Below are positions 9,310 to 22,559 of a stretch of DNA of 64,000 nucleotides, one piece after another; the first letter of the stretch is position 1; each line of letters begins with the position of its first letter. Position numbers and translations under genes: made by a program. This DNA comes from Gnetum montanum (lineage: Eukaryota; Plantae; Gnetophyta), in the NCBI GenBank assembly GCA_015680685.1, contig MNCI01002363.1:235838-299837 (forward strand), read 5' to 3'. The notes under the pieces were generated by a model. It was not told where the DNA came from, made no database searches, and worked only from the letters and a program-made list of their open reading frames with translations.

Positions 9310-12300
9310 AGCTGCTTCCTAATCCATTGTAGGCTCAATGATGCGTATGGCTAAGGGGTCTTATTATGATACTCGTTTATGTCATCATCTACCATTTGAA
9401 AGGGCAGCTCAGCCCATGTTGCTTCCTTGTTCGAACCAGTTTCAACTTGTTTAGGTGTTTTAGTTTGAATGGGGGTTCAATCTTTTGAGATTTTAATCTC
9501 TAATCCGTGCTTCATTCCTACATTGTTTATGGCTTAGGGAACCACTTTGTTTCCATAAATTATCACTTCCCCTCCTACATAGGGCAAGTGAATCTCTTGG
9601 TGTATCAAGGAGGAAACAACCCTCAATTGGGCTAACCATGATCTCCCCAAGATCATGTTGAACCCAGGCATTTCTTGTACCACTATGAATATTACGCTTT
9701 TGGGGAATTGGTACCCTACCACAAAGTTGATGTGCACAGTTCCTTTTACCTTCACAAGTGCCCCATTAAAAAATTTTAGGCAAGATGTCGTTGTGGGCTT
9801 GATTTGATCGTCCAAGCCTAATTTGTCCACTATGGGAAAAGGGATGACATTAGTAGTGGCCCCGTCATCAACATGTACCCTTCGGCTCCTCTGTTGTCCA
9901 AACAAAATCATGATGAACATAGGTGCCATGGTCACCTAACCCTTTTCAGGGTCATCCTTAATGGACTCATTGCAGAATGTCAACTGAGATGGCCATGGTT
10001 CTTCAACTGTAGAAGAAAGCATGATCACATAGATTTCTTTCTCCTCTACCAGCATGTTTTCGTCAACTAGTATGGATGTTAACATGCAAACCATGGCTTC
10101 CTGATGTGCTTTAGAAGTCATTACCAAGTCGTATGAGCTCAAGGTTGTGTTCTTTTGTTTCAAAGCCTATTTAACTTGGGTGAGGGCATTGAACAGATCT
10201 TGCCCACTATCTTGCCTGTTACCCTTTTCCTCCTCCATTCATCCTAGGAGACGAATCTCCTAAGGAGGGGGAACTTCAAGTTGAGGATTTTTCTTTCTCG
10301 AATGGGGTAGTGGCAATGCTTCTGTGCATCATCATCAGTTGTCAATGATGAGGGGATCATAGGTGCCAAGGATAAGGGAGTAGGCTTGGGAGGACTTGAA
10401 GTGGTGCGTTCCTTGGCCATCTTTTTCACTGAACACTCTTCCCATTTTTTTGAATGAGGAGGCTATGGGGCTATTTTAGATGGTTGGCTCTGTGTGGTGG
10501 GGGCAGCTGCATGTTTTGGCACCCTAATGACAAATGGTGCTTGTGGTGTTGGTGCGGGTGGAGGTGTGGGTTTGAGCATGAAAGGTGAAAGGGCAGATGT
10601 CTAAGGGGGAACTTTAAGGATGAATGGTTGTTGCGGCATCCTTTTTGCTACTGTTGATATCACTACATTGTGTTGAGGTACATGCACCACGAATGGTTGC
10701 TATGGTGGTTCTGGGTTACTATCAATGCCAATCTTGTTGATGATATACCCTCCATTGTTGGCATTGAGGGGGTCCTTATACAGGACTACTTTCATCTAGG
10801 ACAAGCTTGCCCTGATCAATCATGCATTGAATGTCATCTTTCAATGCCATGCAGTAGTCCATGTCATGACTGCATAGTTTATGGTAATCATAGAATTGTT
10901 CCAGCCTAAAATTCTTAGGAACTTGTGGCTCATTGGGTGTAGCCAAGGAGGGGTCCCTAAGAAGTTCGCAATACCGCTTATGGTGCTTAATCACCTACTC
11001 CGACATTATCTTGTGCTGGATATACCTAGCCCCTAACAGTTGCTTCATAAGTTTTGAAGGCTTAACAGGTAAAGGAGTATACTTAGAGTCATCCTTGTGC
11101 TCGAAGTTGGGTTTAGGCTGGGTTGGTGCTTTTGGTGCTGATGTTGAAGATCCACCAGTGTTTCTTGAGATAGATTTTGTTGCTGCATCCACCTTCTTGT
11201 TGTTGCTATTGTTGGGTTTGGCCTCATTTACATAGTCGCCATCATGGCTGTTGTGGCCTTGCCCTTCTCCTTGTCCTTTTTGGTATATGTGTTTTCATAT
11301 GCAACATAGGTTGAGTCTTTACTAGCTTCGACCGCATCTTGGATGCTCTTTGTCTATGTGAAAGCTTGATTGAGGGAGCATGGGGCTAAGTAGTATAGTT
11401 TTGACTTAATAAAGTCATTTACTACCCCCTTGAAGATAGCCAATAGATGGGCCTCCGCAATAGGCTCGTGGATCTCATTCAAGGTGGTGCTCCACTACTG
11501 TATGAACCTTTGCATAGATTCCAGCGGGTCTTGTTTGACACTCATTAATTGATCTAGCATGACCTCTGGTTTCAAGTAATACTTGAAACAGGTCACAAAT
11601 TGAGTTAGTAGCTCTTCCAGAGTTGAGATGGAGGCACATGGGAGTGTGTAATACCATTCTAGAGCTTTGCCTGTTAGAGACATGGCAAAGACACGAACAA
11701 TAGTGTGCATCCACTATTGCAAACATAGAGATTTGGATCTGAATGTAACTAAATGTGTATTCGAATCACCCTCCCCATTGTATTTCATGAATTGGGGGAG
11801 TGGCATCCCAGGGGGTAATGTAAGCATGGGGATGGCTGGGATGATGGGGTTGTCATGGTAAAAATCCATGACTTGCACCATGTCGGAACTGATAGCTTTG
11901 AGATGTTCAATCTCTTAAATGAGGGTCTGAATAAGTTGGAATGCTTGGTACAGGCTCGATGACATTGCAGACGACTGCTGAGTTGCATGAACAACTGTTG
12001 TATATGCCAATGGGGGTTGCGGTGGAAGTGTATTGGCCTAGCTTGTGGGGGTTGTTGTTGGTGCCGATCCTATGAATGATGCTACTTGGGTTGTCCACCA
12101 CCCAGTGGGTTGTGCCAATGATGCGGTGACCATTGATGAGGCTGTGGGGTTAGTAATTTTTGTGAATGATGGGGCGGACCACAACCCTGCACTTGGTTGT
12201 ACCACTTGCGAGACTTGGTACGCTTGGTGGTAAACATAATGTGACATTTTGGAGGATTGCACAACAAGGAGAGAAGTGGATGGGGTCCACCATGTGGTTG

Positions 12301-13040
12301 GGGCTAGGCCTATTACTGATGGTGGGATAGGTGCAAATGATGGAATGGAAGTGGAAACTCCCTGTAACTATGATAGAGGCACGATGTGCACATATAGCAA
12401 CATAGCTATGACTAGCGCTTGGTACAATGACGAGGAAAAGAGAGGAGAGAGGGTGCTTAGGAATGAAACTAAAGGGGCAGCATGTTAGTATGCTAAGTAT
12501 ATAGGATGGCTACCCATAGTTGACAAAAGTGTAGGCTATAGCAGAGTCGTGGTAATCATGAAGGGGGTAGAAGCAAAGAGTGAGTTTGATCGAAAGACAA
12601 CAGTGGGATGGATAACTATAGGGTAGGTCTAGCCACCACACTCGGAATGGGAGTCTAGATCTTCCTATCCATCTTGGAATGCCTCATCATAATGGGATGC
12701 CATATCTCACTCCCTAGAATTACTGACTCATATTAGCTAGTCCAAAATCCACTGATACATGTCTATCAGGTGGATGGTAACATCAGGGGTAGGGATAAAT
12801 TCCCTGCCATTACGATGAAGGAACTCAAAGTTACATTTGTCTTTGACTTCTTGGTGATCCAAGGGTAGATTCACTTGGATCTTGGTGCAGAGGAAGTCAT
12901 AGTGCTCTCCATCTTGTGCCAAGCACTCAGGTGAGAGGTGTCAGAGCCTAAGAGACTACCGTGGTGCCAGCACTAGGCTAGGCAGTTGCTCTGCACCTAT
13001 GGTGTTTTGATTCAAGAAAGGAGCTTCAAGGTTTGACATG
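9310..13040 (-). pseudogene. gag-protease of Tat copy 1, degenerate
   Basis: Retrotrans_gag-like core VRVFAMSLTGKALEWY (11495..11710), Tat-type zinc knuckle YDYHKLCSHDMDYC (10776..10994), aspartic protease VHVDDGATTNVIP...MILGRSWL (9534..9935). Confidence 0.88.
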
Positions 13041-13284
13041 GAAATGGCAGTGGTTGTGTGAATCATTTTGTGTGATTAAAAGGAGATTACAAATGAGAGA
13101 CATATAAATCAGTAAGTAATCGAATGCTTTTAGTCTTGTTGGGTTCCAAAGGAACCATCGTTGCGACCAGTTTGCATCACACAATGTGTAGACAACCGCA
13201 AGGGTGTCACGTCTATGCTAGTAGGTAATGGGGTATAGAAAACATGCAAGATTACCTGCAAGATGCAAAAAGGGCACCAAAAGG

Positions 13285-13301
13285 CCCTCCTTCTAGCACC
13301 A
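13285..13301 (-). promoter_or_regulatory. Primer-binding site complementary to the tRNA-Asn 3' end
   Basis: Minus-strand TGGTGCTAGAAGGAGGG, 5 nt after the LTR-terminal CA. It matches the plant tRNA-Asn 3' end (CCCTCCTTCTAGCG-CCA, recalled) with one transition. Confidence 0.8.
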
Positions 13302-13306
13302 AAAAC

Positions 13307-15270
13307 TGTAGCGACCGAAAATGTCGGTGGCTGGAACACCGAGAGGTTGCCGGGTGTACAGTTTAACCTCAGATTTGTACGAGGGCCGTGCTGGAGAGAA
13401 ATGGAAATGAGGTGCCCTGAATTGTTTGGTCAATTAGATAGGGACTTAGTTGGTGTAAATTAACCTTTCGTAAATATTTGGTTTTAGAAACGAGGTATGC
13501 AAGTGAAGCAATAATTAACTAATGTAAAAAAATGAAAAATGGTGTGAAATACGATGATAATAAACAAAGAGTGAAATAGATTTTGGTAAGGAAATGCACT
13601 ACCCCAAGATCGAGGATTTGATCTTTTCTTTGTTGGAAGATGTACAACTAAAGATGTAATACTAAAGAGGCATAGCTTACAGAGAGCAGTATGGTCACAG
13701 GTCGATAACTTGCTACTCAAGATTCTTCTCCTTGCTAATCCACTCGCCAAGGTGCCAAAATGCTAAACCCACAAAAGGATGTATGAAGCCAACTAGAAAG
13801 CTTAAAGCCAACTAGAATGTTAAAAGAAATGCCAACTATGCTCTCCAAAAGCCAACTACACAAAAAACCAACCCTTTGAGAATTGTTTGCCGGGGTATTT
13901 ATAGGGCTAGGGGTAGGAGAAAAATGTGGTCTGGATGCCACGTGTCCTGGGCCACACAAGGTGCAAACATGGTTGTGCTATGTAGGTGTGTGATGCTGCA
14001 TGTAAACCTTATTATGCTATGATCATATTGCTGAAACTGCATGTGCCAAAATCCAAAGAGCATGGCAACAATGAAAACAAAATAAAGCCTATGCTCTAGG
14101 CTACATCTTCCCTACTCTTGCAAGTAGGGTCAAGCATAGGGACAATTTTGGGGATTGGCCAGGGAAATGAAAAATGAAGCAAACTTGCTAATTTTGTCCA
14201 CCGAAGAGGTGCCAGGGTGAGAATGATCATGGCCAACAAGTTTTGGAGCTAATTGAAAACATTTTAAATGCCACCATGCAATTTTTCATTACATACATTG
14301 TTCAGTGTGTTGCCGTAGCGTAAGTAACTGCTCACTATGCTGTGATACACTACGTAGCATAGCATAGCGTAGCCATCGGTCTTGAAAGAAATCTTACCTA
14401 GAAGTTGAGAGCATCTGTCTGAGGCTTGGTCAGGCAAGCAATTGCAACTTTGTCTTCCATGCTAGAAATCCTTTGAACCTGCTGAGTTCATCCTTGGGGC
14501 ATTCTATTGTTTTGTAACTTGACATGCTATGCTATGCTATGTAGCATAGCATAATGTAGTAGCCAATGTGTCATGCATCCTTGCCTAATCCGTAATGTTT
14601 TACCAGGAAATTTTTCTTGACACCTGATGGTTAAGTGGGATAGCCAATTTTGGAGGCCAAAGCATTGCCAAGTGCAATCCTCTTGCTAGAGCCACTTGGC
14701 AAAGGGGCCTTTGTGTGTTCTGTCCTTGCTACATTGTGCTATGCTTCATAGTGTAGCATAGCATAGCTCCCTATGTTGGCTGAATCCTGACTTGTTTTGC
14801 AACCATTTTGTCATAGGATGTTTATTATGTCCCAGTGCATTCACAGGGCAAGCTTTCTTGACAGTTGCAACATGGGAAAATGCTTTAGAAGACTGACTTG
14901 TTATCCACTTGCATCTTCGACGTTTGATTGGTCTCTTCAAGGCTTGCTACACTACGCAACGTGGTGTAGTGTAGCATATTTCTCCACTAGAAAACTTGCC
15001 AAACTGGTTAGCTTATCTTGAACACTTTCAGCAACTCCTAGCATAGTGTTTTGGATAGACAACGAGCTAGGTTAATTGTCTAGTTGGGCAGGTTGGAGAG
15101 TCTAGTAGGCCTATTAGCCCTGGTGATAGAAAACTTGTCGAACTATACAGTCTATCCTCAGTCCCTACACTATTCTGATGGCCCATTGTGATGTTGCACT
15201 TGTGGAAATCCTTGCCCAAATTTCAAGACTCTGCTGAAGCATCAAGGTCCTAAAATTTTATGGTGTTTCA
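13307..15270 (-). repeat. 5' LTR of Tat copy 1 (~1.96 kb)
   Basis: Minus strand begins TGAAACACCATAAAAT and ends ATTTTCGGTCGCTACA next to the PBS. TATAAATA at 13896-13903(-). Same start as the LTR at 47163. Confidence 0.82.
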
Positions 15271-15990
15271 ATGAGTATACTCATAAATCTTATCATAATC
15301 TAAATTAAATATCTAAGAGTAGAATGGATTGATTATGGGTTTTTTTTTTCTAAATCATGTTTGTAGTGGGCTCACAACATATGATTAAATGTGGTTAAGA
15401 CATACGATCATTGATGTTATATGATCCATTTTATTAAAACTAAAAATTTACTAAAACTAGAAAATAATTTAAACTAGATCTAGTTACTAGTACAAGTAAA
15501 AGTAAATTCCTAAGCTATCCTAGGGCAATAAGCATCCACTCTATCAACCTTCCATCATGTTCTTGGATTTACAAATGACTATTGAATGACCAAGCTAACT
15601 AATTGTTGGGTGAATCAAATAAATTAGTTGTTGGAATTACCAAGATAATCATAGTTTATGCTTGAAGTATCAACATGCTCATTATACTATAGCTAATGTA
15701 AGGAAAAATGTAAACATTATGCTAAATAACATTAATAATTTGGAATGAAAGTAAATATAATCTAAGTTAAAGTGCTATAATGTGAAGAAATAAATCTTGA
15801 TCTATATTTTCATTCATGTGGATATTTAGGTATAACCACTTGAGTAAATATTTTCGATAATTGACTCAAACAATCTACAAGCACTTACTGACTCCTACAA
15901 ATTAAAAAATCAAAGTAACAAAGTTTTCTTACTTTTAAATAAAACTAACTAATATTCATCATTTTAACATATATATAATTAAAAAGCTAG
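15271..15990 (-). repeat. Old LTR fragment of the Athila-like family
   Basis: AAAGTAAAT..ATCTAAGT.AAAGTGCTA.AATG...AATCTTGATCT block shared with 45960-46030 and 60160-60230. Confidence 0.6.
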
Positions 15991-16229
15991 CATATGAAAA
16001 GGCTATAGATTCATATGGTTTATATGCAGAATTATTAAAGTAGGAATGATATGTTATTCATAGACAAATTTGGCACAAATTAAATTCAACAATGGAGCAA
16101 GGATTAAATTAACATTGGAAAACTAGTAAAGATATATTGTTATATAAAAAGCATGATAAAAATAATTTGAAAAATTATTGAATGATCATTGTGAGTAATA
16201 TTTTTGCTAAATTATTGGGAACTATGCTA

Positions 16230-16930
16230 GAAAAGAGAATCAGTTCTTGGGCTAAAGGTAACCAAGTCAGGCAAGATGTCAAGTAGGTTTTAGATAAAAT
16301 CATTCTACTAGTGATCACTTAGTTACTCTTAGAAACTACATAGAGTTTGTGAAAATGCCTAATAAAAAAGTTTTTATTTGTTTTATTGATTTTGAAAAAG
16401 CATATAATTTAGCAATTCATACAAAACTATGGTTGCACTTGCATAAAATTAGCCTTCCTTCATATTTAATTGTAGCAACTTAACGATTATATGAGAAAGT
16501 GATTACTAAAATTATAGGTAATAATTTAGAGAAAAAATTTCAAGTCCCTATCAAAATTAGAGTTAAGCAAGATTGTCCACTTTCTTCAACTCTCTTTGAT
16601 ATTTGTAATGATAAAATGCAGGAATGGTTGGGCAAAGGGCAAGATAGGCATGCTATCAAAATTGGATCCTAAGTAGTGAATCTTCTTTTATATGTACATA
16701 AATTTACCTTGATTTCCAATACTGTATAACTTATGCAAAATATGTTGCAAATTTTAGAAAATTGTTATTGTTCATTTGGTCTTCAAGTGAATGTACATAA
16801 ATATAAATTGATGATCTTGGATACAAGAAATAACTATTATAACTTCCATTTTGAAGGTGCCAATGTATAAATAAAAAATTATTTGAAATATTTGGGTCTC
16901 ATTTATATGAACAATTACATGTAGGGGAAG
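16230..16930 (+). pseudogene. LINE (RTE-like) reverse transcriptase fragment
   Basis: QVGFR*NHSTSDHLVTL, FIDFEKAYN, VKQDCPLSSTLF, GLQVNVHK and KYLG motifs. Confidence 0.82.
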
Positions 16931-17199
16931 TGCATCATAGAAAAAATAGTAGAAATGAACAAGAATGAACTAAAAATGAAGACTCCAAACCAAATGAAGT
17001 AATCTTTTATCTTCTCACCTTTTCTCATTCTAAGTTTGTCATACTCTACAAAACCAAGAGTTTTGATTGTTTAACTATGGATGTGCTCTTAAAGATACCT
17101 TCTAAGGTTTTCCAAATTTCCTTACAAATTCTACAACTAACTATCCTATTAAATTTAGATTCATTTAATGCAAAATATAAACAATTTTTTGGTTTGAAA

Positions 17200-18260
17200 T
17201 CATACAACATGAATTCAGACCTAAGGTTATAGCTATGGAAGAGATTAGAGATTTTTTTATCTTAAAATTTGAAGAACTCCAAAGTGCTCTTATAGCTTAT
17301 GGAATAAATCTCATAAGTGAAGGGGTAATAAAAGAAGAGTTAATTGCCTTGAAATAGACATCCAAAGAAAATGGCCCAGATAAGCAAGAAATGAACAATG
17401 AAGAAAATATTGCACTTCTATAAAGGACTCAAAGGCTACTAGCAAAAAGGGGCTAGAGCTTTAATCAACAAGGACCCAACCAATCCAACACCAAAGGTAA
17501 GTTTAGAGGTAAGGTTTTTTCAAACTCTTATTTTAATTCTTTTTTGATAGAATTTTGGGTATGTGGTGGAAGAGGCCATGTGGCATTCAAATGTCCTAGC
17601 AATTATAGGTTTCAATGGAAAGAAAACATTAATATGGATATGAAAAGACCAACCTTTACACAAGCTGGGATGATGAAGAACCAAGTGAAGAAGTGGATGA
17701 TGGTACAAAAGATTCACATCTCATTTGTATGGCCCTCACATATGACAATGCTAGCCTCTCAGATACTGTTCAATTTTAAAATGATGAAGAAAGGTATTAT
17801 CTTTTGTGTAAGGAACTGCTACCTTTTCAAAGTCTTTGTATAAAGTTAGATAAGAAACTAAAAACAAAGGATTAAGATATTCTACACTAAACATCAACAT
17901 TTTAGATCTCATAAAAGAAATTTTAGGCCTAAGGGTTAAGAATGAAAAACTAACCTTGTCTTATGAGTAGGCTAAGGAAGAACTACCAATTACAAAACTT
18001 ATAAATGAAAGGCTGGTTAAAGGAAAAGAATCTCTTCAAATAGTTCTTGGATAAGGAAGGAGTCCAAATGATAAAAGTGGACTAGGATGCTACCAACAAG
18101 AACAAGAGACCACTTCAAAAGTTGAGGTAACTACTAGGACTACAAGTAACCAAATAGTAACTTCAAGGTTTGACAAATTTAACAAAAGGGTTAGGTGTTT
18201 TTACTATAATAGGTTTTGACACAAGCAATGGAATTACAATTTAAAATTTTATCATATGAA
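17200..18260 (+). pseudogene. SIRE-like gag C-terminal part (UBN2-like end, two CCHC knuckles, coiled coil)
   Basis: Motifs at about 17215-17310, 17555-17600, 18040-18095 and 18196-18240. Confidence 0.75.
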
Positions 18261-18629
18261 CACCTAGATATATCATAAAACTCCTTGGTCTTATTAAAAT
18301 ATGTCTAAAAAGGAAACTATGTAGGGCAACAAGAAAATGAGGACAAATCAAAAAGAAAAGTTAAAAAGGTATAGAGAATCACAAGGAAAGAGGATTATGA
18401 TGATAGAATTCTCTTCAATAATTTTGTGAAAGCAAGCTAGTCCTTGAAAACTGAAGCAATTTATATAAGAACTTCAAAAGAGGGGTCTCACTCTCAAGCT
18501 TACTAGGTACCTTCATTCTCTTTAGTAAAAAGGTAAGTTGAAGTAAGTCTTTGATTCATTATGAATATCTATTAACATTATAACCCTTAATAACCATCCC
18601 TAAGCCTTATCTTGCTGAAACCCATCATG

Positions 18630-18832
18630 TTAAGACATCTCCCTGAAGATGTCTTCCATGAGATGTCTGCATGACAAAGAAGACATCTATCGAGAGATGT
18701 TTACTTTTCAAAGGAGACATCTATATGTGTTTTCATTCATCATGATTGAGAAGTCTACGTTTCAAAGGAGACATCTACCTATAGTTTTTATGTATGGAAG
18801 ATACATCTATCTTTCAAAGGAGATGTCTATCT
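18630..18832 (+). repeat. Cluster of palindromic AGACATCT/AGATGTCT motifs upstream of the extra ORF, also present in the LTR (20800-20960)
   Basis: About 8 copies, several as TTTCAAAGGAGACATCTA, followed by TATATAAA near 18862. Confidence 0.8.
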
Positions 18833-18968
18833 TTTCATTAAAAACCCTCATTGAGCACAATTATATAAATCCAAACACTCTTTTTTCACTCATTCAAGCA
18901 TAAACAACGAAAAGGAGACAACTAGGGATATACCAACAACGATAATTTGTACATTTTTATCCAAATCT

Positions 18969-20390
18969 ATGGCTCAAAAGAAGTTTGAAATGTAAAGGTA
19001 GCTACCAAAGAAGAGCAAGAAGTCAACATGATCATCCTCTAGTTCTACCAACACCTACAATCCACAATTCAGATCTGTTAGTGTTGAACACCAGTTTGAG
19101 GTAACTTGAACCATATCTACTCATATTTGAGCATTTTGTTTCTTTCCAAAAACATCATTAGAAGAAATTGATGTGATTTTTCCAAGTATTAAATTGGGTT
19201 ACTTTCATTTCTATAAATTTTTGTGTGCCTGAGATTCTCATCAAATAATTTTACAATAACATTGTGATTACAAATTCTTCTATTGAGGCATACACTACCA
19301 TGGTTGGGGATTTGCTTATTGATGTGTCTCATCAAGTTGTTAATGCACTTCTTGTGATTTCTAGTGTTTATGTGTTTAGAGTTATCATTCACTCCATGAG
19401 TGACATTTTTACAAATGGTGTAATTCCTATCTCGCAAGATGAATTTTGTGGTGCTCTATTTAGGAAGTCAATATATCTTTGTAGTGGTAGAATCTATAAA
19501 AGTTAGATGGCCTCAGATGCTTCCATTATATCACACATTGTTTTATATAATATCATTGTAAAAGGGGAAAGCTATAATTATTTGTTGCCTACTGAAGAAT
19601 TTGTACTTGGTTGCCTTCTTACAAGAAAACCCTTGGATTTAGGTCATACTCTTTATCAAGACATGTTATGCTTGTTCACCAAGGAGAGAATCCTTGGGCA
19701 TTCTTACCTCATCAGTTTGCTAATCTGATAGCAAGGTGTTCCCATTTCTAACATGCCTTTGCTTAAAGGTAAGAGGTGCCTTGGTTAGTATTGAGAAAAG
19801 AGGAGCTTCATCCATGTTGATGAAGCAAAACCTAGCACAAGGTCATAAAAGTTCCAAAAGAAGAAATCTTCATCACCATATTGAGCCTCTCCTTAGTTGA
19901 GAAGGTCCAAATTAGAAAGCATCTAGGTGATATATTCATTGAAGAAGTTACTTAGGCCATTTGCTTGTACCTTAGGGATGTCTGGTAGGAACCCCTCTTA
20001 CCTTCATAAGATGATGGACATAGCCAAAGTACTTGTTCCTCCTAATGGATAGTAGTTTGAGGAGATCACCACTCCTATTTTAGATAGTAAGAAGGACCTT
20101 CTTGCCCCACCCAAACATTTAAAAGTAGTTAGGCCTTCCCAAACATATGCTTTGAGAAGTGCCTCCTATTCAGATGAGCCTAATGCATCATGAGCACATG
20201 TCTAGGTGGAGCTTCTAGATCCTATGTAGCTTGGACTTGGTTCCCCTCATCAGGATATTGCTCCTAGGTCATTTGAGTAATAGGCTATGGATGGCATCAT
20301 TGGGAGTTCATCCCAATGGTGTCTTATCAATCCTATCATCTATTAGATGAAGGTTTCTTTCTCATCCTCTCAGTAGGCTCCATCCTAGCA
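18969..20390 (+). pseudogene. Extra (env-position) ORF of the SIRE-like element, degenerate
   Basis: Starts MAQKK. Fragments 19264..19506 and 19507..19728 (YNIIVKG...PLDLGH...LISLL) resemble plant-transposon extra ORFs. Lies between gag and the PPT. Confidence 0.55.
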
Positions 20391-20512
20391 GAAACTTTCA
20401 TTGACATCATAATTTATCTATTTTAAAGTTTTTTTATCATTTACTATTTTTTAAATTGCATAATTAATCATCCATTTTCTTAATGTTTAGACATCATCAA
20501 AAAGGAAGAGAT

Positions 20513-21630
20513 TGTTGACCTTTTGGTATGCCAAAACCTTAGGAAAATGGAGAACAAAGAATGTTTGTTGTTGATGATGTGTTTGTAGGACATGAAGAAG
20601 AACTCCACATCAAGACTAAGAACTCAAGGAAAATGAGATTTACAACAAATTAACAAAGTAAAGAACTAATAAGCTAACATGAGAACACTAACAAGCATGA
20701 ACTAAAAATGAAGACTCTAAGACAAATGAAGATGCTCCAAGGATTTGAAAAAGCTAGATCAACAAGTGAAAGCCTTAGGAACTAGAGCTTAATATTTGAG
20801 GATATGTCTCTAAAAAATAGTAGACATCTTAGTTGAGAAGAAAGAAATTATAGAAAGATGTCTTCAAGAAACAATAAACGTTCCATTCTCTAAGAAGATT
20901 CCTATCTAGAATTAAGGTAGAACTTAGGTAGACATCCCAACTTTCAAGGATACGTCTACACTAATCGTTGAGTAGTCATTGCACAAATTCTAAGGTTTTT
21001 TCAAAAACTTCAAAACCATAAGAAGACATTAAATTCTTGGAAATTATGAAATAATTATCAACATCAAAACTATCATTATCTATTCTATGTTGTTGTACTT
21101 ATGTACTTCATTGTCACATCATTTGCTTGATTGTTTGTAGCAGTATGTTTCAAAGTACAAGTACTTGTAATTTGAGTTACATTCTTTCCTTATTTTTTTT
21201 CTCTTTCTTTGTTTCTCTATAGGGTTGATGTGATTCTTGTGGGAAGGAATCCATATTAAGCTTGTTGGGATCAAATGGGATTAAGTGGGTTTGCAACACC
21301 AAAACATTCTAGAGTGGAGCTCAATTTTTTTATAGGTTGTGGAATCCTCTAAACCACATCTTGAGCTTGTTAGGACCTTGTAGGATTAAGATATTTCATA
21401 GTGATAAAAATCTTCATAGAATAGCTCAAATCTTGTAAATGTTGTGATGTCATCTAAACCATATTTTGGAAGAAATAAAGTCTAGTGGTATGCAAGGAAT
21501 CTACACTCTAAGTATGGACTACCCAAGTTGGGAAACCATGTAATTTTTGGAGTGTTTTGTGTGACAAGTTTGACTTCAAATTTGGGAACGTATTCAACCC
21601 CCCTTCTAAGTTCTTGATCCTAACTATTCC
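20513..21630 (+). repeat. 3' LTR of the SIRE-like element (right end approximate)
   Basis: Starts TGTTG directly after the PPT. A ~45-bp piece (ATGAACTAAAAATGAAGACT) recurs at 16960-17000 as a probable 5' LTR remnant. Confidence 0.65.
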
Positions 21631-22241
21631 CATCAAGTATTAGAATGTTATTAGTAAGCTTCACTTAATTTCTCATCATCTTAGAATTAAAAGTGGAAGA
21701 TGGATTCAACTCCCTTGAGAAGAGTGCATTTGTAGGTTATACATATCAAGAGCCCTCGAAGATGAGTTACATGTATTTATTTCATATGATCTGACTACCC
21801 ATTATAGATAGCATTATAATGTTACAATGAAAAGCTTGTATGATTTGTTTTTGAGGTTCCCATTAGTGCTTGATCAATTTGTAGAGTCTATCTTTATTTT
21901 TAATGAAAATGTAATATTTGTCTAATAGATCCTATGATTCTTTAGATGTGATAAAGCTTCATGTAATTTCATATTTATAGGCATATATGAACATTACATA
22001 TATGCAGATGCAATAATGCAAATAAAGCTATGTCAATGCATTTGTGCCAATAACAATATGTTAACATAATGTCTAAAAATTTGATTCAACAATTTCAAGG
22101 TAAATCCTATGTTGATATTTTCTAAGAAAATGTTATATTAGTCTTAATATTTTAAAAGCATCATCACCTGAATCTATATTATTCATCTTGGGATCCCAAA
22201 AAGATTGGTAGATAAGAAAAAGCCTAACTTATTTAAGTGGT

Positions 22242-22301
22242 TATGCTTAGGCTTGAATCTAGGTCTTTGAATTTAGAAACGAGAATCTTACCATGACTCC
22301 A
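22242..22301 (-). other. Degenerate tRNA-derived SINE-like head
   Basis: Minus strand TGGAGTCATGGTAAG...AGATTCAAGCC with A/B-box spacing. Confidence 0.3.
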
Positions 22302-22559
22302 AATGATGGTAGAATATTCTATATTTCATCATGTCATAAGAAATGTTAATTATATCAAAGAAAAGAAAAGATAAAGGATTGAAATTTGCAAAGAGGTATA
22401 AGGGATAAAACCCTAGGATGTGACATCATCTCTTTCATAAGAATCTTACTCCTAGAAACTTTTACAGACATCAAATTACATCTATATACATATTCTATCA
22501 TGCAGTTACATCTTCATATTTCACTAATTATTATTTGAAATAATATATATATAATTCAC

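Larger units (their letters stand above)
1..15270 (-). mobile_element. Tat-lineage Ty3/gypsy LTR retrotransposon, copy 1 (5'LTR-PBS-gag-PR-[6 kb spacer with antisense gene]-RT-RH-aRH-IN); runs off the left edge of the window
   Basis: Ordered minus-strand domains, tRNA-Asn-type PBS, TG...CA LTR, and an extra archaeal-type RNase H between RH and IN (diagnostic of Tat). Confidence 0.9.
16940..21630 (+). mobile_element. SIRE/Sirevirus-like Ty1/copia element, pol-less and 5'-truncated (gag remnant, extra ORF, PPT, 3' LTR)
   Basis: gag PKVIAMEEIRD...EELQSALIAY, zinc knuckle CGGRGHVAFKC, KSGLG.Y motif, PPT CAAAAAGGAAGAGAT|TGTTG, LTR 3'-end motif TATTCAACCCCCC. Confidence 0.72.

Noticed and set aside
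21670-21800. Possible Copia integrase C-terminal remnant (AFVGY)
   Set aside because: Too short and degenerate to support.
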